Source: a virus (taxonomy: Duplodnaviria > Caudoviricetes). From it: 27,871 nt of DNA. The stretch's first letter is position 1. Every line of letters begins with the position of its first letter. The notes under the pieces are model-generated. The model was not told the origin of the DNA and did not search any database. It saw nothing but the letters and a program-made list of their open reading frames with translations. Location: IMG/VR virus record IMGVR_UViG_3300033741_000014, positions 1 to 27,871 of that record. One strand, given 5' to 3'. A program made the translations under genes and the position numbers. Of the stretch, positions 6,591 through 15,497 are shown piece by piece.

Positions 6591-7969
6591 GACTACAACT
6601 CAGAGACTCGCAGCAAGTGGCCCTGGAACGCCTGACTGAACCGGACCGACACTTTGCTGCACTGTGGGCTGAACCCCGTTCCGGGAAGACAGCGGTGGCT
6701 CTGAAGTGGGTTGAGCACGTGAAGCCAGCGGTGGTCGTTATAGTTGGACCGAAGATAGCGGAAGGGACCTGGAGAACCGAAGCTGCTAAATGGCTGACGA
6801 TAACCTACAGGTTCTATCCTCTAACGGCAGGCAACGCCTATCCCACTCCGGGTATGTTCAAGGGTGTGACCCTCCTGTTCGTGAACTATGAGCAGTTCGG
6901 AAAAGCACCGTGGCAGCGTCTTCGTCCTTTCCTGGCCACACTAGCCAAGAACATTGACGGGAAAGGGATGATGCTACTGGACGAGTCACACATGATAAAG
7001 ACGCCGTCGTCAGTCACTGGACGTAACATCCGTCCACTGGCTCACAAGTGGTATTACCGTCTTCTTATGACTGGGACACCAGTGACTAACCCGAACCAGA
7101 TAGACGCGGTGTATGGGCAGTGGACATTCCTTGACCCGGCCATCCGCGACGAGTGGCCTTCTGCGCGTGAATTCAGAGAGCACTTCGGGGAATGGACCAC
7201 TGTAAAGGGCTTCCCTGAACTTATCAGGCCTCGTAATCAATACCAGTTGAATCAGTACATTCAACCTAACGTGATAACTATGGTCGGTCCTGGTAACCCA
7301 GTGCCCATCAGACGTGTCCGTTATTCTGTCCCGGATAGTGTGATGAAACAACACAAGGACATGCTGAAGCACGGGATAGTTGAGATGGGTGGCCACACTG
7401 CCATCGGTCTAAACCCGCTGACACGGCTTCTTCGTATGCGGATGCTTGTGGGTGGCTGGCTGAAGGACGACAAGGGTGAATCGTTCACTGTGCCGGATGC
7501 TGCTCGTGCCCGGCTGGCAGCCTTGGGAAAGGTGCTGGAGCGCTGTGATGGGAAGATCATCATTGCCTGTACCCACTTGTGGGAGATCAAGCTGGTTCGC
7601 CGGTACCTGCGTCTCAAGGGTGTGGGCTACTTGCTTATCACAGGGGCCACACCAGATAAGAACAACGTGATTGAAGCCTTCCAGATGGACCGCGAGGCCC
7701 GTGTGTTGCTTGTGCAGCCTAGGACCGTGTCCATGGCCGTAGACATATCGGTGGCCAACGACCTGATCTGGTACACCAGCGACTTCAACTATGTGACGTT
7801 CAAGCAGGCGTCAGACCGCATCAAGCTGTCCCCGGCTAATCCCCACGTGTGGTTCTTGTGTGGCCGTGGCACAGTGGATGAGGACGTGTGGACGACACTG
7901 CAAGAGGACCACGCACACCTGTCCAAAGTCATTCAGCGCATCAAAAAACGACCTGGAAGAATGCACTAA
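6587..7969 (+). CDS. SF2 (SNF2-like) DNA helicase
   Basis: LRDSQ, EPRSGKT, LLDESH, MTGTP, QASDRI; start at ATG 6587 (ATGA overlap). Confidence 0.9.
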   Translation: MRLQLRDSQQVALERLTEPDRHFAALWAEPRSGKTAVALKWVEHVKPAVVVIVGPKIAEGTWRTEAAKWLTITYRFYPLTAGNAYPTPGMFKGVTLLFVNYEQFGKAPWQRLRPFLATLAKNIDGKGMMLLDESHMIKTPSSVTGRNIRPLAHKWYYRLLMTGTPVTNPNQIDAVYGQWTFLDPAIRDEWPSAREFREHFGEWTTVKGFPELIRPRNQYQLNQYIQPNVITMVGPGNPVPIRRVRYSVPDSVMKQHKDMLKHGIVEMGGHTAIGLNPLTRLLRMRMLVGGWLKDDKGESFTVPDAARARLAALGKVLERCDGKIIIACTHLWEIKLVRRYLRLKGVGYLLITGATPDKNNVIEAFQMDREARVLLVQPRTVSMAVDISVANDLIWYTSDFNYVTFKQASDRIKLSPANPHVWFLCGRGTVDEDVWTTLQEDHAHLSKVIQRIKKRPGRMH

Positions 7970-7988
7970 AAATAGTTGCCATCTGAGC

Positions 7989-8017
7989 TTGCGCTTATTG
8001 CGGAGTTCGGGCATACT
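7989..8017 (+). promoter_or_regulatory. Putative sigma-A-like promoter
   Basis: TTGCGC (7989-7994), 17 nt, CATACT (8012-8017), just after the helicase stop. Confidence 0.65.
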
Positions 8018-8147
8018 TATATTTATCAGCAACACAGGCTCAGGGCTAAGGCACCGCGACTGAGGCAAGGCGACACGGTCGGTCACCTCTTGTGTTACTG
8101 GTACACTTCATATAACCGACCTGCACTACCACCACAAGGAGATCATC

Positions 8148-8612
8148 ATGGCACCTCGCAGCAAAGCAGCAGTCCTGGACACCGAGCTCGACATCGAAGA
8201 CGTTGTCGAAGAGGCCGTCGCAGAGCCGACCGAAAAGCAGATCATCAACGACGGCATCGTCCGGGTGGTTGAGTCCACCGGCATCGACGTGCAGAAGAAC
8301 CGTTACAAGGCCATGCGAGCCATCGCATTCCAGGCGTTCAGCAACGCAATCGCCGACGGCACCTTCGACGAACTGGTGGACGAGGCCATTGCCAACGTCG
8401 ACAACCTCCCCGCCGGATGGGAGATTGAGCGCGGCGAAAAGGCCGAAGCTCCCGTCAAGGCACCTGCCAAGGTCACGAAGGCCACGAAGGTTGCCCCGGT
8501 GAAGGCCGAGACCCCGGTCAAGGCACCGGCCAAGCGTGCACCGGCCAAGGCCAAGGCAGCCGCGACCACCGAGACCGCTGCACGTCCGGCACGTCGCCGT
8601 CCCGCACGCTAG
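8148..8612 (+). CDS. Hypothetical protein, acidic N-terminus and Ala/Lys/Pro-rich histone-like tail
   Basis: AAGGAG RBS; strongly biased codons; repeated PVKAPAK; ends ARRRPAR. Confidence 0.88.
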   Translation: MAPRSKAAVLDTELDIEDVVEEAVAEPTEKQIINDGIVRVVESTGIDVQKNRYKAMRAIAFQAFSNAIADGTFDELVDEAIANVDNLPAGWEIERGEKAEAPVKAPAKVTKATKVAPVKAETPVKAPAKRAPAKAKAAATTETAARPARRRPAR

Positions 8613-8650
8613 TACGACCCACGGGTACCCTCTAACGAGGTGTCCGTGGA

Positions 8651-8723
8651 GGGCCAGTAGCTCAATCGGCAGAGCGCGTCGCACATTAGCGGCGAGGTAT
8701 AGGTTCGAATCCTATCTGGTCCA
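8651..8723 (+). tRNA. tRNA-like element with alanine acceptor identity and undetermined, non-canonical anticodon
   Basis: Acceptor GGGCCAG/CTGGTCC + A; D arm GCTC-AATCGGCA-GAGC; T arm ATAGG-TTCGAAT-CCTAT; anticodon arm CGTCGC-ACATTA-GCGGCG; no encoded CCA. Confidence 0.8.
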
Positions 8724-8859
8724 CGCAGCTAGCAGCCCTTAGTCCGGTTGCTTGAACTTCCTTCGTCATAGAGTACCCGAGCTTCGGCCGGGGTGGACAT
8801 GGAATCGGTATAGCCTCCGATGCAAGGTAAACGGCTCCTTATAACTTAGGAGTCCACCT

Positions 8860-10716
8860 ATGCAGTTGATTATCAGCGACGAACTTGCTGAGGTACAGGA
8901 GTACCTAGCACAGTCTACCGCTCCACTTATAGTGGACATCGAGACCACGGCATTGACCGTCGGCAAGGGCCACATCCTGTGCGTCGCTTTTGCACCATAC
9001 GACCGTGAAGACGTCATGGTCTGGTGGCCGCAAGACCTGACCGAGATAGCACAGCTACGCCTTCACAAGATGGTGGCACACAATGCGCCCTTCGACGAGC
9101 GCTGGCTCAAGAGCTACGGTGCTTCATGCCGTGTGGTGTGGGACACTATGTTCATGGCTTACCTATTAGACGAGAACCACCCCGTCGGCCTCAAGGACCT
9201 CGGTGAGCGCCTCCTGGGATACCAGTCGTGGTCTGACGATAATGTGGCACACCTCGGCGATGAGTTCCTGCCACACGTGCCCAAGGCTGCACAAGCCAAG
9301 TCCAAGCGTCGGATCAGCATGTATGCGGGTAAGGACGTGCACATCACACGTGAGCTGATGAAGTGGCAGCGCAAGCACATTCGCACGAACCTGAAGCCCC
9401 ACGAAGACCCGGTAAGAGTCATGCGAGACATCATGATACCTGCCATTGAGCCGCTTCGGCAGATGGAGAATAACCGCCTGCCTGTGCGCCTTGGCTTGGT
9501 TACTAAGACCAAGGAGGATGTGTCAAACCGCATTGCAGCTATTGAGAAGAAGCTGGATGCAAGTATTCCACCGAAGGACAGGTGGCCTGACTGGCTACAG
9601 AAGACGACTCCCAAGTGGGGTAACACTAACTGGACCAAGTGGTGGCTCTACGAGCATCAGGGTGCACTGTGCCCCCGTCGCACTAAGCCGACCAAGACAT
9701 GGCCAGAGGGTAACCCGGGAATGTCCCAGGAGGACTTGGGGAAGATAGACCATCCGGCAGCACGTCTGCTGAGCACCAGAAGCACGCTCTACAAGCAGCT
9801 CACCGGCTTCCTGGTGCCCCTGGAGGAGCGTACTGTCAACGGACGAGTAAGCACTAGCTTCAAGCTCACCGGAACTGTTACAGGACGACTCAGCAGCTCG
9901 AGTCCTGGAAAGGATGACCCCGGCATCAACTCGCAGCAGATACCACGCGAGAAGTCAACTCGCAACCTGTTCGGCGAAAAGGGGCTTGCATGGCTGGAGG
10001 TAGACTTCAGCCAGTTGGAACTACGTGTGGCCGCTGTGATGAGCGGCGATCCGACCATGATAGCGCTATTCGCGGCCGACGCTGACATCCACACATACAT
10101 CGCTTCCCGAGTTACCAAGAAGGACGAGAAGGACGTAACCAAGGCCGACCGTACCCTTGCTAAGGGTGTGAACTTCGGCTTCCTGTACGGTATGATGGCT
10201 AAGCACTTCGCGGACTACGTTCGTGAGAACTACGGTGTGATCATTACCAAGAAGGAAGCTGAAACATTCCGTGAGGAGTACTTCCTGAACTTCAACGGCC
10301 TGCCTGAGTGGTACCGTAAGCAACGGCAGGAAGCCCTGGAGTTCGGTGGTGTGCATAACGAGTTCGGTCGCTTTCGGCACTTGCCTCGCGTGTACCACGA
10401 GAACTTCTGGATACAAGAAAACGCATTCCGTCAGGCTATCAATTCCCCCGTGCAGTCCACGGGTAGTGACTTCATGCTAATCAGCTTGGCTCGTATGTCA
10501 CGTGACTTGCGACTGCCTGCACTTGGGGCTAAGCTAGTGACCACAGTTCACGACAGCGTCTGCATTACTGCACCATATAAGACAGCGCGCAAAGTTGGAC
10601 GTATCGTAAAAGACATTATGGAGCATGCAGATGACAACCTCGAACGCAAATTCTACCTCAAGGCGGACGTCACGATCTCGCGTTGCTGGGGAGGTGAACC
10701 GCTCGCCGAGTTCTAA
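8860..10716 (+). CDS. Family A DNA polymerase (3'-5' exonuclease + polymerase)
   Basis: Exo motifs DIETT, AHNAPFD, YAGKD; TGRLSS; motif A DFSQLELR; motif B RTLAKGVNFGFLYG; motif C VHDS. Confidence 0.96.
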   Translation: MQLIISDELAEVQEYLAQSTAPLIVDIETTALTVGKGHILCVAFAPYDREDVMVWWPQDLTEIAQLRLHKMVAHNAPFDERWLKSYGASCRVVWDTMFMAYLLDENHPVGLKDLGERLLGYQSWSDDNVAHLGDEFLPHVPKAAQAKSKRRISMYAGKDVHITRELMKWQRKHIRTNLKPHEDPVRVMRDIMIPAIEPLRQMENNRLPVRLGLVTKTKEDVSNRIAAIEKKLDASIPPKDRWPDWLQKTTPKWGNTNWTKWWLYEHQGALCPRRTKPTKTWPEGNPGMSQEDLGKIDHPAARLLSTRSTLYKQLTGFLVPLEERTVNGRVSTSFKLTGTVTGRLSSSSPGKDDPGINSQQIPREKSTRNLFGEKGLAWLEVDFSQLELRVAAVMSGDPTMIALFAADADIHTYIASRVTKKDEKDVTKADRTLAKGVNFGFLYGMMAKHFADYVRENYGVIITKKEAETFREEYFLNFNGLPEWYRKQRQEALEFGGVHNEFGRFRHLPRVYHENFWIQENAFRQAINSPVQSTGSDFMLISLARMSRDLRLPALGAKLVTTVHDSVCITAPYKTARKVGRIVKDIMEHADDNLERKFYLKADVTISRCWGGEPLAEF

Positions 10717-11878
10717 GCCTGTGAAAGTATTACCGGCCACAGGTAAGAAGCCTGGAGCGTGGCACGGCCCTAGAGGAACATGGCCTACCACTGCCGACGG
10801 GAAGCTGGTGATAACCCAGAGCATGGTCAGTGGATTCGTTGAGTGCCCTCGTGAGACGTACTACGGCATCGTCTTGGGCTTGCGCCCCCGTATCTCCAGC
10901 AAGCCTCTCACAAGAGGAACCTGGATACACGCACTCTTGGAAGAGCGCGGCAAGGGCGGCGACTGGAAGGCGCTGCACAAGGAGCTGACAGCCAAGGCAG
11001 AAGCCGAGAAATTTGAGGAGGAGATAGCCGGACTTGCTGAGGAGTGCTACAATATAGTCCTCAGCTATGAGTACGTGCACAAGAACGAGGTTCTCACACC
11101 TGTCGCAGTTGAGCTCACGGTGGAGCGTCCCATGTTCAAGGGAAAGGTGCTTTACCGTGGCCGCATCGACATAATCTGGATAGACAACGAGGGGGACATA
11201 TGGCTGGGTGACCACAAGACGCACGCCACGCTCCCTGACTGGAGATACCGTGAACTAGCCTTCCAGCATTATTCCTACTTGTGGGCAGTGGCACAGGCAC
11301 CTGGATACAAGGCGCTACGCTACAAGGGGAAGCCGCTTCCACAGCCGAAGGGGTTCATCTACGACTACTGCCGCACCAGTGCCATCCACACGCCCAAGCT
11401 GACCACTAAGGGCAAGATCAGTCGCGTGCTGAAGCCCTCGGGTACCACGCTCCCGGTCTTCCTCGAGTGGTTACGTGAGCAGCACATGATGACCACCATC
11501 AAGGGAAAGAACCTGTTAGCCATTGAGGACCCCACTGAGCGTGCATACGTTGAAGAGTTCATTGTGGCCTTGCAGCAGCGGGACTACAGTACCGAGTTCC
11601 GTCGTGACCGTATGGTGTTCAGCGCCGAGCAGCGTGAACGTCAGCGCAAGGCTTTTGTCACTTCGGCCCGTAGACTGCTAACCTATAAGTGGGATGATCC
11701 AGATTGCGTGGAGCGTAACCTGCACGCCTGCTCTGGGTTCATGTGTAACTACAAGGATCTAACTGTGGCTGACCTTATGCACGGCTCCAGCGAACTTGAG
11801 CAGAAGACCCGGTACGTGACCACGCGTGACCCGCTGGACTACTACCCTAACCAAAAGAAGAAGGGCACTAAGAAATGA
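10625..11878 (+). CDS. PD-(D/E)XK (RecB/Cas4-like) exonuclease; start uncertain (GTG 10721 possible)
   Basis: CPR..YY, RGTWIHALLE, VE, GRIDII, DHKT, QHYSY motifs; C-terminal cysteines. Confidence 0.88.
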   Translation: MQMTTSNANSTSRRTSRSRVAGEVNRSPSSKPVKVLPATGKKPGAWHGPRGTWPTTADGKLVITQSMVSGFVECPRETYYGIVLGLRPRISSKPLTRGTWIHALLEERGKGGDWKALHKELTAKAEAEKFEEEIAGLAEECYNIVLSYEYVHKNEVLTPVAVELTVERPMFKGKVLYRGRIDIIWIDNEGDIWLGDHKTHATLPDWRYRELAFQHYSYLWAVAQAPGYKALRYKGKPLPQPKGFIYDYCRTSAIHTPKLTTKGKISRVLKPSGTTLPVFLEWLREQHMMTTIKGKNLLAIEDPTERAYVEEFIVALQQRDYSTEFRRDRMVFSAEQRERQRKAFVTSARRLLTYKWDDPDCVERNLHACSGFMCNYKDLTVADLMHGSSELEQKTRYVTTRDPLDYYPNQKKKGTKK

Positions 11879-12009
11879 AAACCATCGGATGCACCTACTG
11901 CGGTGCCAAGCCCGGAGACAACTGCACTTTCGTGCTGGCTCCAGAGACATCACCCGTTTCGGTGTCGTGGTCGCACGGCTCCAGAAAACCGAAGGTCGTG
12001 CTAGTATGA
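11875..12009 (+). CDS. Small zinc-finger protein (44 aa), absent from the ORF track
   Basis: MKTIGCTYCGAKPGDNCTFVLAPETSPVSVSWSHGSRKPKVVLV; ATGA overlaps at both ends; CxxC-x7-C...HxxR. Confidence 0.75.
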   Translation: MKTIGCTYCGAKPGDNCTFVLAPETSPVSVSWSHGSRKPKVVLV

Positions 12010-12692
12010 GCATCTACTGCATCTACGGTCGGCCGAAGGTTGGCAAGACCACACTCGCGCTCAAGGGTGCCGTCAAGAACAAGACTGCTATCCTCAGCGC
12101 GGACCGTGGACTTGTCGGTATTGAGACCGCTGGGTATACTGTGGTTGAGGACCTGAGCACGGCCAACTTGAACAAGGTCATCAACAGCCGGTTCCTCGCA
12201 CAGCACGAACGCATTGTCGTTGACACTGCTACTTCGCTCCACGGCCTGTTCCTCATGGAAGCTGGCTCCGGCAAGGCGTCTCAGCAAGCGTACGGCGTCG
12301 CGAATAACGGTCTGGCCACATTGCTCAGGACCCTCCGTGACGAGAAGAAGGAAGTCATCGTCACCGCACAGGAGAAGCTAATCATGCCTGGACAGGGCCT
12401 CGGCTCAGACGGCAAAGAAGATTGGTCGCCTGAAGATGACGATGAAGACATGACTGTGATGACGACGGTAGACCTGCCTCCCGGTGCAGCTAGTGCGTTA
12501 TTGCAGTTGTCGGACGTAATAGGTAGGCTGTACATTGCCCACGTGAACGGCAAGCCCGTTCGCCGCTTGTGGCTTGGGCCGTCATCTTCAATTATTGCTG
12601 GTGCACGCAGTAAGGTGTATCATGGTAATCCGCCCTATCTCAAACAGCCCAGCATCTCAGGGCTCAATACACTTCTTGGCTGGACCCGCTAG
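12006..12692 (+). CDS. AAA_24 / Sak4-like P-loop ATPase
   Basis: IYGRPKVGKTT, IVVDT, TAQEK, SDVIG; true start is ATG 12006, not 11826. Confidence 0.88.
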   Translation: MSIYCIYGRPKVGKTTLALKGAVKNKTAILSADRGLVGIETAGYTVVEDLSTANLNKVINSRFLAQHERIVVDTATSLHGLFLMEAGSGKASQQAYGVANNGLATLLRTLRDEKKEVIVTAQEKLIMPGQGLGSDGKEDWSPEDDDEDMTVMTTVDLPPGAASALLQLSDVIGRLYIAHVNGKPVRRLWLGPSSSIIAGARSKVYHGNPPYLKQPSISGLNTLLGWTR

Positions 12693-12728
12693 TCAAGATC
12701 ATCAAAAGCAAGAAGAAGGATAAATATC

Positions 12729-13571
12729 ATGGCTAAGAAGATTCGCTTGGACTTTAGCAAGACCGAAGAACGTTCCGGCTGGAACACGAAGCACATCGAC
12801 GAGGGTCTTCACAAAATGAAGATTGAAGGCGTGCAGGAGACCGAGGCACAGGACGGGACAGCAATGCTGATCTTCGCAATGGTGCCGGAGGACCCGAAGC
12901 TCAAGACTCGTCGTTTCCCGTTCTACTGCAAGCTTCAGCCGAACCAGCTCTGGAAGCTCCGCGACCTGCTCGTGTCGGCTGGCCAGACGGTTCCCAAGAA
13001 GATCGTCAGCATCGATCCCGGTGTCGTCGTTGGCAAGTTCATCGCCGCTGAAGTTGAGGACGACAACTATCAGGGGAACCTCCGCTCCACGATCAACGGC
13101 ACCTACGGCCTGGAAATCCTGGACGACGAGGACGGTGCAGCGCCGGAGGACGACGAGGACGAAGAGACCGAGTACGACGAAACGGAATCCGAAGAGGCTG
13201 ACGAAGAGGAGTACGAGGAAGAAGACGATGAGGAGGAAGAGGAGGAGGAAGAAGACCTCAACGACCTCTCCATCGGCGACCTGCGTGCCCGTGCCAAGGC
13301 GCTTGGAATCGTGACGCTGAAGAAGCCCAAGGCTGCACTCATTGATGAGATCATTGATGCCGAAGCTGAAGGCGAAGCCGACGAAGACGAGGACGAGCTG
13401 GAAGACGAGGACCTTGAAGATGAGGAACTTGCCGACGAGGAGTTCGAAGACGACGAGGAAGAGGAAGAGGAACCTGCTCCGGCACCCACGCGTCGTGCAG
13501 CCCCCGTCCGCAAGGCCGCTCCGGCAGCCAAGGCCGCACCTGCCAAGCGTGCAGTGACGCGTCGCCGCTGA
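12729..13571 (+). CDS. Putative ssDNA-binding protein (DUF669-like) with long acidic tail
   Basis: LDFSK...IDEGLHKMKI...LWKLRDLL N-terminal domain; position after a Sak4-like ATPase; two D/E tracts; basic end. Confidence 0.7.
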   Translation: MAKKIRLDFSKTEERSGWNTKHIDEGLHKMKIEGVQETEAQDGTAMLIFAMVPEDPKLKTRRFPFYCKLQPNQLWKLRDLLVSAGQTVPKKIVSIDPGVVVGKFIAAEVEDDNYQGNLRSTINGTYGLEILDDEDGAAPEDDEDEETEYDETESEEADEEEYEEEDDEEEEEEEEDLNDLSIGDLRARAKALGIVTLKKPKAALIDEIIDAEAEGEADEDEDELEDEDLEDEELADEEFEDDEEEEEEPAPAPTRRAAPVRKAAPAAKAAPAKRAVTRRR

Positions 13572-13575
13572 GCTA

Positions 13576-13863
13576 ATGCAGGAGGCTGAGATAGTCCGAC
13601 GCATGTTGGCTATTCTCAATGCCATTGACGGAGTGTATGCAGTACGCACTCACGGGGGTTCCTTTCAACAGAAGGGGACCCCCGACGTTCTTGGATGTGC
13701 TCATGGCTTTTTCTTTGCTATTGAAGCTAAGCGGTCAGCACGGGAAAAGCCTTCACCGTCACAGATATATAACCTGAAGAAGTTCGAAGAGGCAGACGGA
13801 AAGACATTCGTTAGCCATGATCCAAAAGCCAAGGAAGTAACAGCATGGATAGCGAGTCTCTAA
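13576..13863 (+). CDS. VRR-NUC nuclease / resolvase
   Basis: E..I, KGTPDV, FFAIEAK, PSPSQ motifs; 95 aa. Confidence 0.9.
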   Translation: MQEAEIVRRMLAILNAIDGVYAVRTHGGSFQQKGTPDVLGCAHGFFFAIEAKRSAREKPSPSQIYNLKKFEEADGKTFVSHDPKAKEVTAWIASL

Positions 13864-15497
13864 GCCTAATCCGTAAGGTGTGGCGTCACTCCGGAATAGC
13901 CGGTAACGTGTGGATGCCGCACATTTATAAGATCGGTCACAAGACAGACCAGAAGTTCCGCGAAGGCGAAACGCTTGATGCACAATCACCGGACTTCACA
14001 CCGCTCCGTGATTCGGTGGACTGGTACTGGACACCAGCAGTTAGCAGCAGTGACAGCCGCAAGGCCAAGGAGTACCCGGCACAGCGCGCTATCTGGGTAG
14101 ACTGCGATGAGTCGTACGACAATAAGCTTTTAGAAAGCCTGAAGCCTTCCTATATGTGGGAGACAAGCCCTGGACATAAACAGGCAGTCTGGCTCCTCAG
14201 AGAATCCATAGCCACATCTGAGTTCCACCGGGACGGCTTCATTGGAATGATCACCCAAGCTCTGGGCGGAGATAAGTCCGGCGTGGACATCGGACAGCTA
14301 CTGCGTGTGCCCGGAACCATGCACCACAAGCGCGAGCCATTCAGAGGCGGTATCCTGCGTAGCGCTGGCACTGTGTACACGCGCGGCCAGCTTCTCTCAC
14401 GTGTGGCCAGAGGACTGGGATTCTCTCCAGGGCTGGCCTCTGAGCTCGGTGCAGATGACCCCTTCGGTGACCGGAGTAAAGTGCTATGGCGCTTCTCTAG
14501 AAATGCGGCTGAGCTTGGCTTAGCACAGGACCTGACGTTCAAGCTCATCAAAGCTACCAAGTGGAATAAGTGGACCGATGACCCTGACCGGCTCAAAGAA
14601 GACATTGCTAACGCATACGCTCATGAGCCGACTCCCAAGCCGGATAAAGAGCAGCAGCAAGCACAGGACCAGTACGACTCTCACGAGGACTCTGAGGACG
14701 TAGAACCGTGGGGCATGGCCACGGTAGACACCTTCGGTCCTGTAATTCGCAAGCCGATCTCCTGGGTCGTTCCTGGCATCATCCCCTCCGGTGGGTGTGG
14801 GCTACTGGTGTCAGCGCCCAAAGTAGGCAAGACCCGTATCGCCATAGAGATCGCGCTTGGCTTGGCTACCGGACGAAAGCCTCTGGGGATATCTATCCGT
14901 CGCCCGTTGTCCGTTGGGTTCTTCTCCTTGGAGGACGGCGAATACCTGTTCTCCAGCCGCTTGGACGGTTCGCTGAATACAGATCACGGTCGGTTCAAGT
15001 ACCACTGGGACGGCCACATCAATAAGGAATTGCGGTGGGCACCGCCTCAGGCGATGGACCTATTCACGAACTTTTCGCAGGTTGACTTGAGCGATGACGG
15101 CGATAAGCAACGCCTTCTTGAGACGATCAATAAGTATGAACTGAAGCTGGTGATCATAGACACACTAAGCATGGCTATCGGCAAGTCAGACGTCTCTAAC
15201 TCCAAAGACATGTATGCCATCCTCAAGGATGTGAAGACCATTGCCAAGGCTACGGGCTGTGCAATCATGTTCATCCACCACACTCGTAAGCGGGTATTTG
15301 AGAAGGGTGAGTCCATCCAGGAAATGGTGCTAGGTAGCACTGCTCTCCACGCTTGGTCTGACTTTATTATGAACCTCGCAGCGCCGTCTGAGGACAGCGA
15401 GTTGTTACGCCTTGGAGTACAGACCAAGATGGGCAACGACACCCACTACATCGACACTCGGCTCAAGATCATCAAGCAGCCGGTCCTGGAAGAGTGA
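13845..15497 (+). CDS. Primase-helicase (RepB-like primase fused to RecA-like AAA_25 ATPase)
   Basis: WVDCD, ETSPGHKQAVW, LLRVPGT primase motifs; APKVGKT, SLED, VIIDT, IHHTRK, GSTAL helicase motifs. Confidence 0.88.
   Translation: MDSESLSLIRKVWRHSGIAGNVWMPHIYKIGHKTDQKFREGETLDAQSPDFTPLRDSVDWYWTPAVSSSDSRKAKEYPAQRAIWVDCDESYDNKLLESLKPSYMWETSPGHKQAVWLLRESIATSEFHRDGFIGMITQALGGDKSGVDIGQLLRVPGTMHHKREPFRGGILRSAGTVYTRGQLLSRVARGLGFSPGLASELGADDPFGDRSKVLWRFSRNAAELGLAQDLTFKLIKATKWNKWTDDPDRLKEDIANAYAHEPTPKPDKEQQQAQDQYDSHEDSEDVEPWGMATVDTFGPVIRKPISWVVPGIIPSGGCGLLVSAPKVGKTRIAIEIALGLATGRKPLGISIRRPLSVGFFSLEDGEYLFSSRLDGSLNTDHGRFKYHWDGHINKELRWAPPQAMDLFTNFSQVDLSDDGDKQRLLETINKYELKLVIIDTLSMAIGKSDVSNSKDMYAILKDVKTIAKATGCAIMFIHHTRKRVFEKGESIQEMVLGSTALHAWSDFIMNLAAPSEDSELLRLGVQTKMGNDTHYIDTRLKIIKQPVLEE

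Noticed and set aside
7976-8272. 98 aa ORF across the intergenic leader
   Set aside because: TTG start with no SD, upstream of the promoter, and overlaps the 8148 gene out of frame.
8651-8723. Calling the element tRNA-Met(CAT), an ochre suppressor, or tmRNA
   Set aside because: CAT and TTA occur in the loop but not in a canonical 7-nt loop with U33; a full D arm and no tag ORF argue against tmRNA.
8724-8800. HDV-like (theta) ribozyme after the tRNA-like element
   Set aside because: I could not build the nested double pseudoknot or place the catalytic C by eye; a motif search would be needed.
10625-11878. CRISPR-Cas association of the Cas4-like nuclease
   Set aside because: No array or other cas genes; solo PD-(D/E)XK nucleases are normal in phage recombination modules.
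12702-13649. 315 aa and poly-Ser antisense ORFs
   Set aside because: They are shadows of the GAR/GAC-rich acidic gene on the opposite strand.
13845-15497. Calling this gene recA
   Set aside because: The RecA-like fold is fused to RepB-type primase motifs, which fits a primase-helicase.
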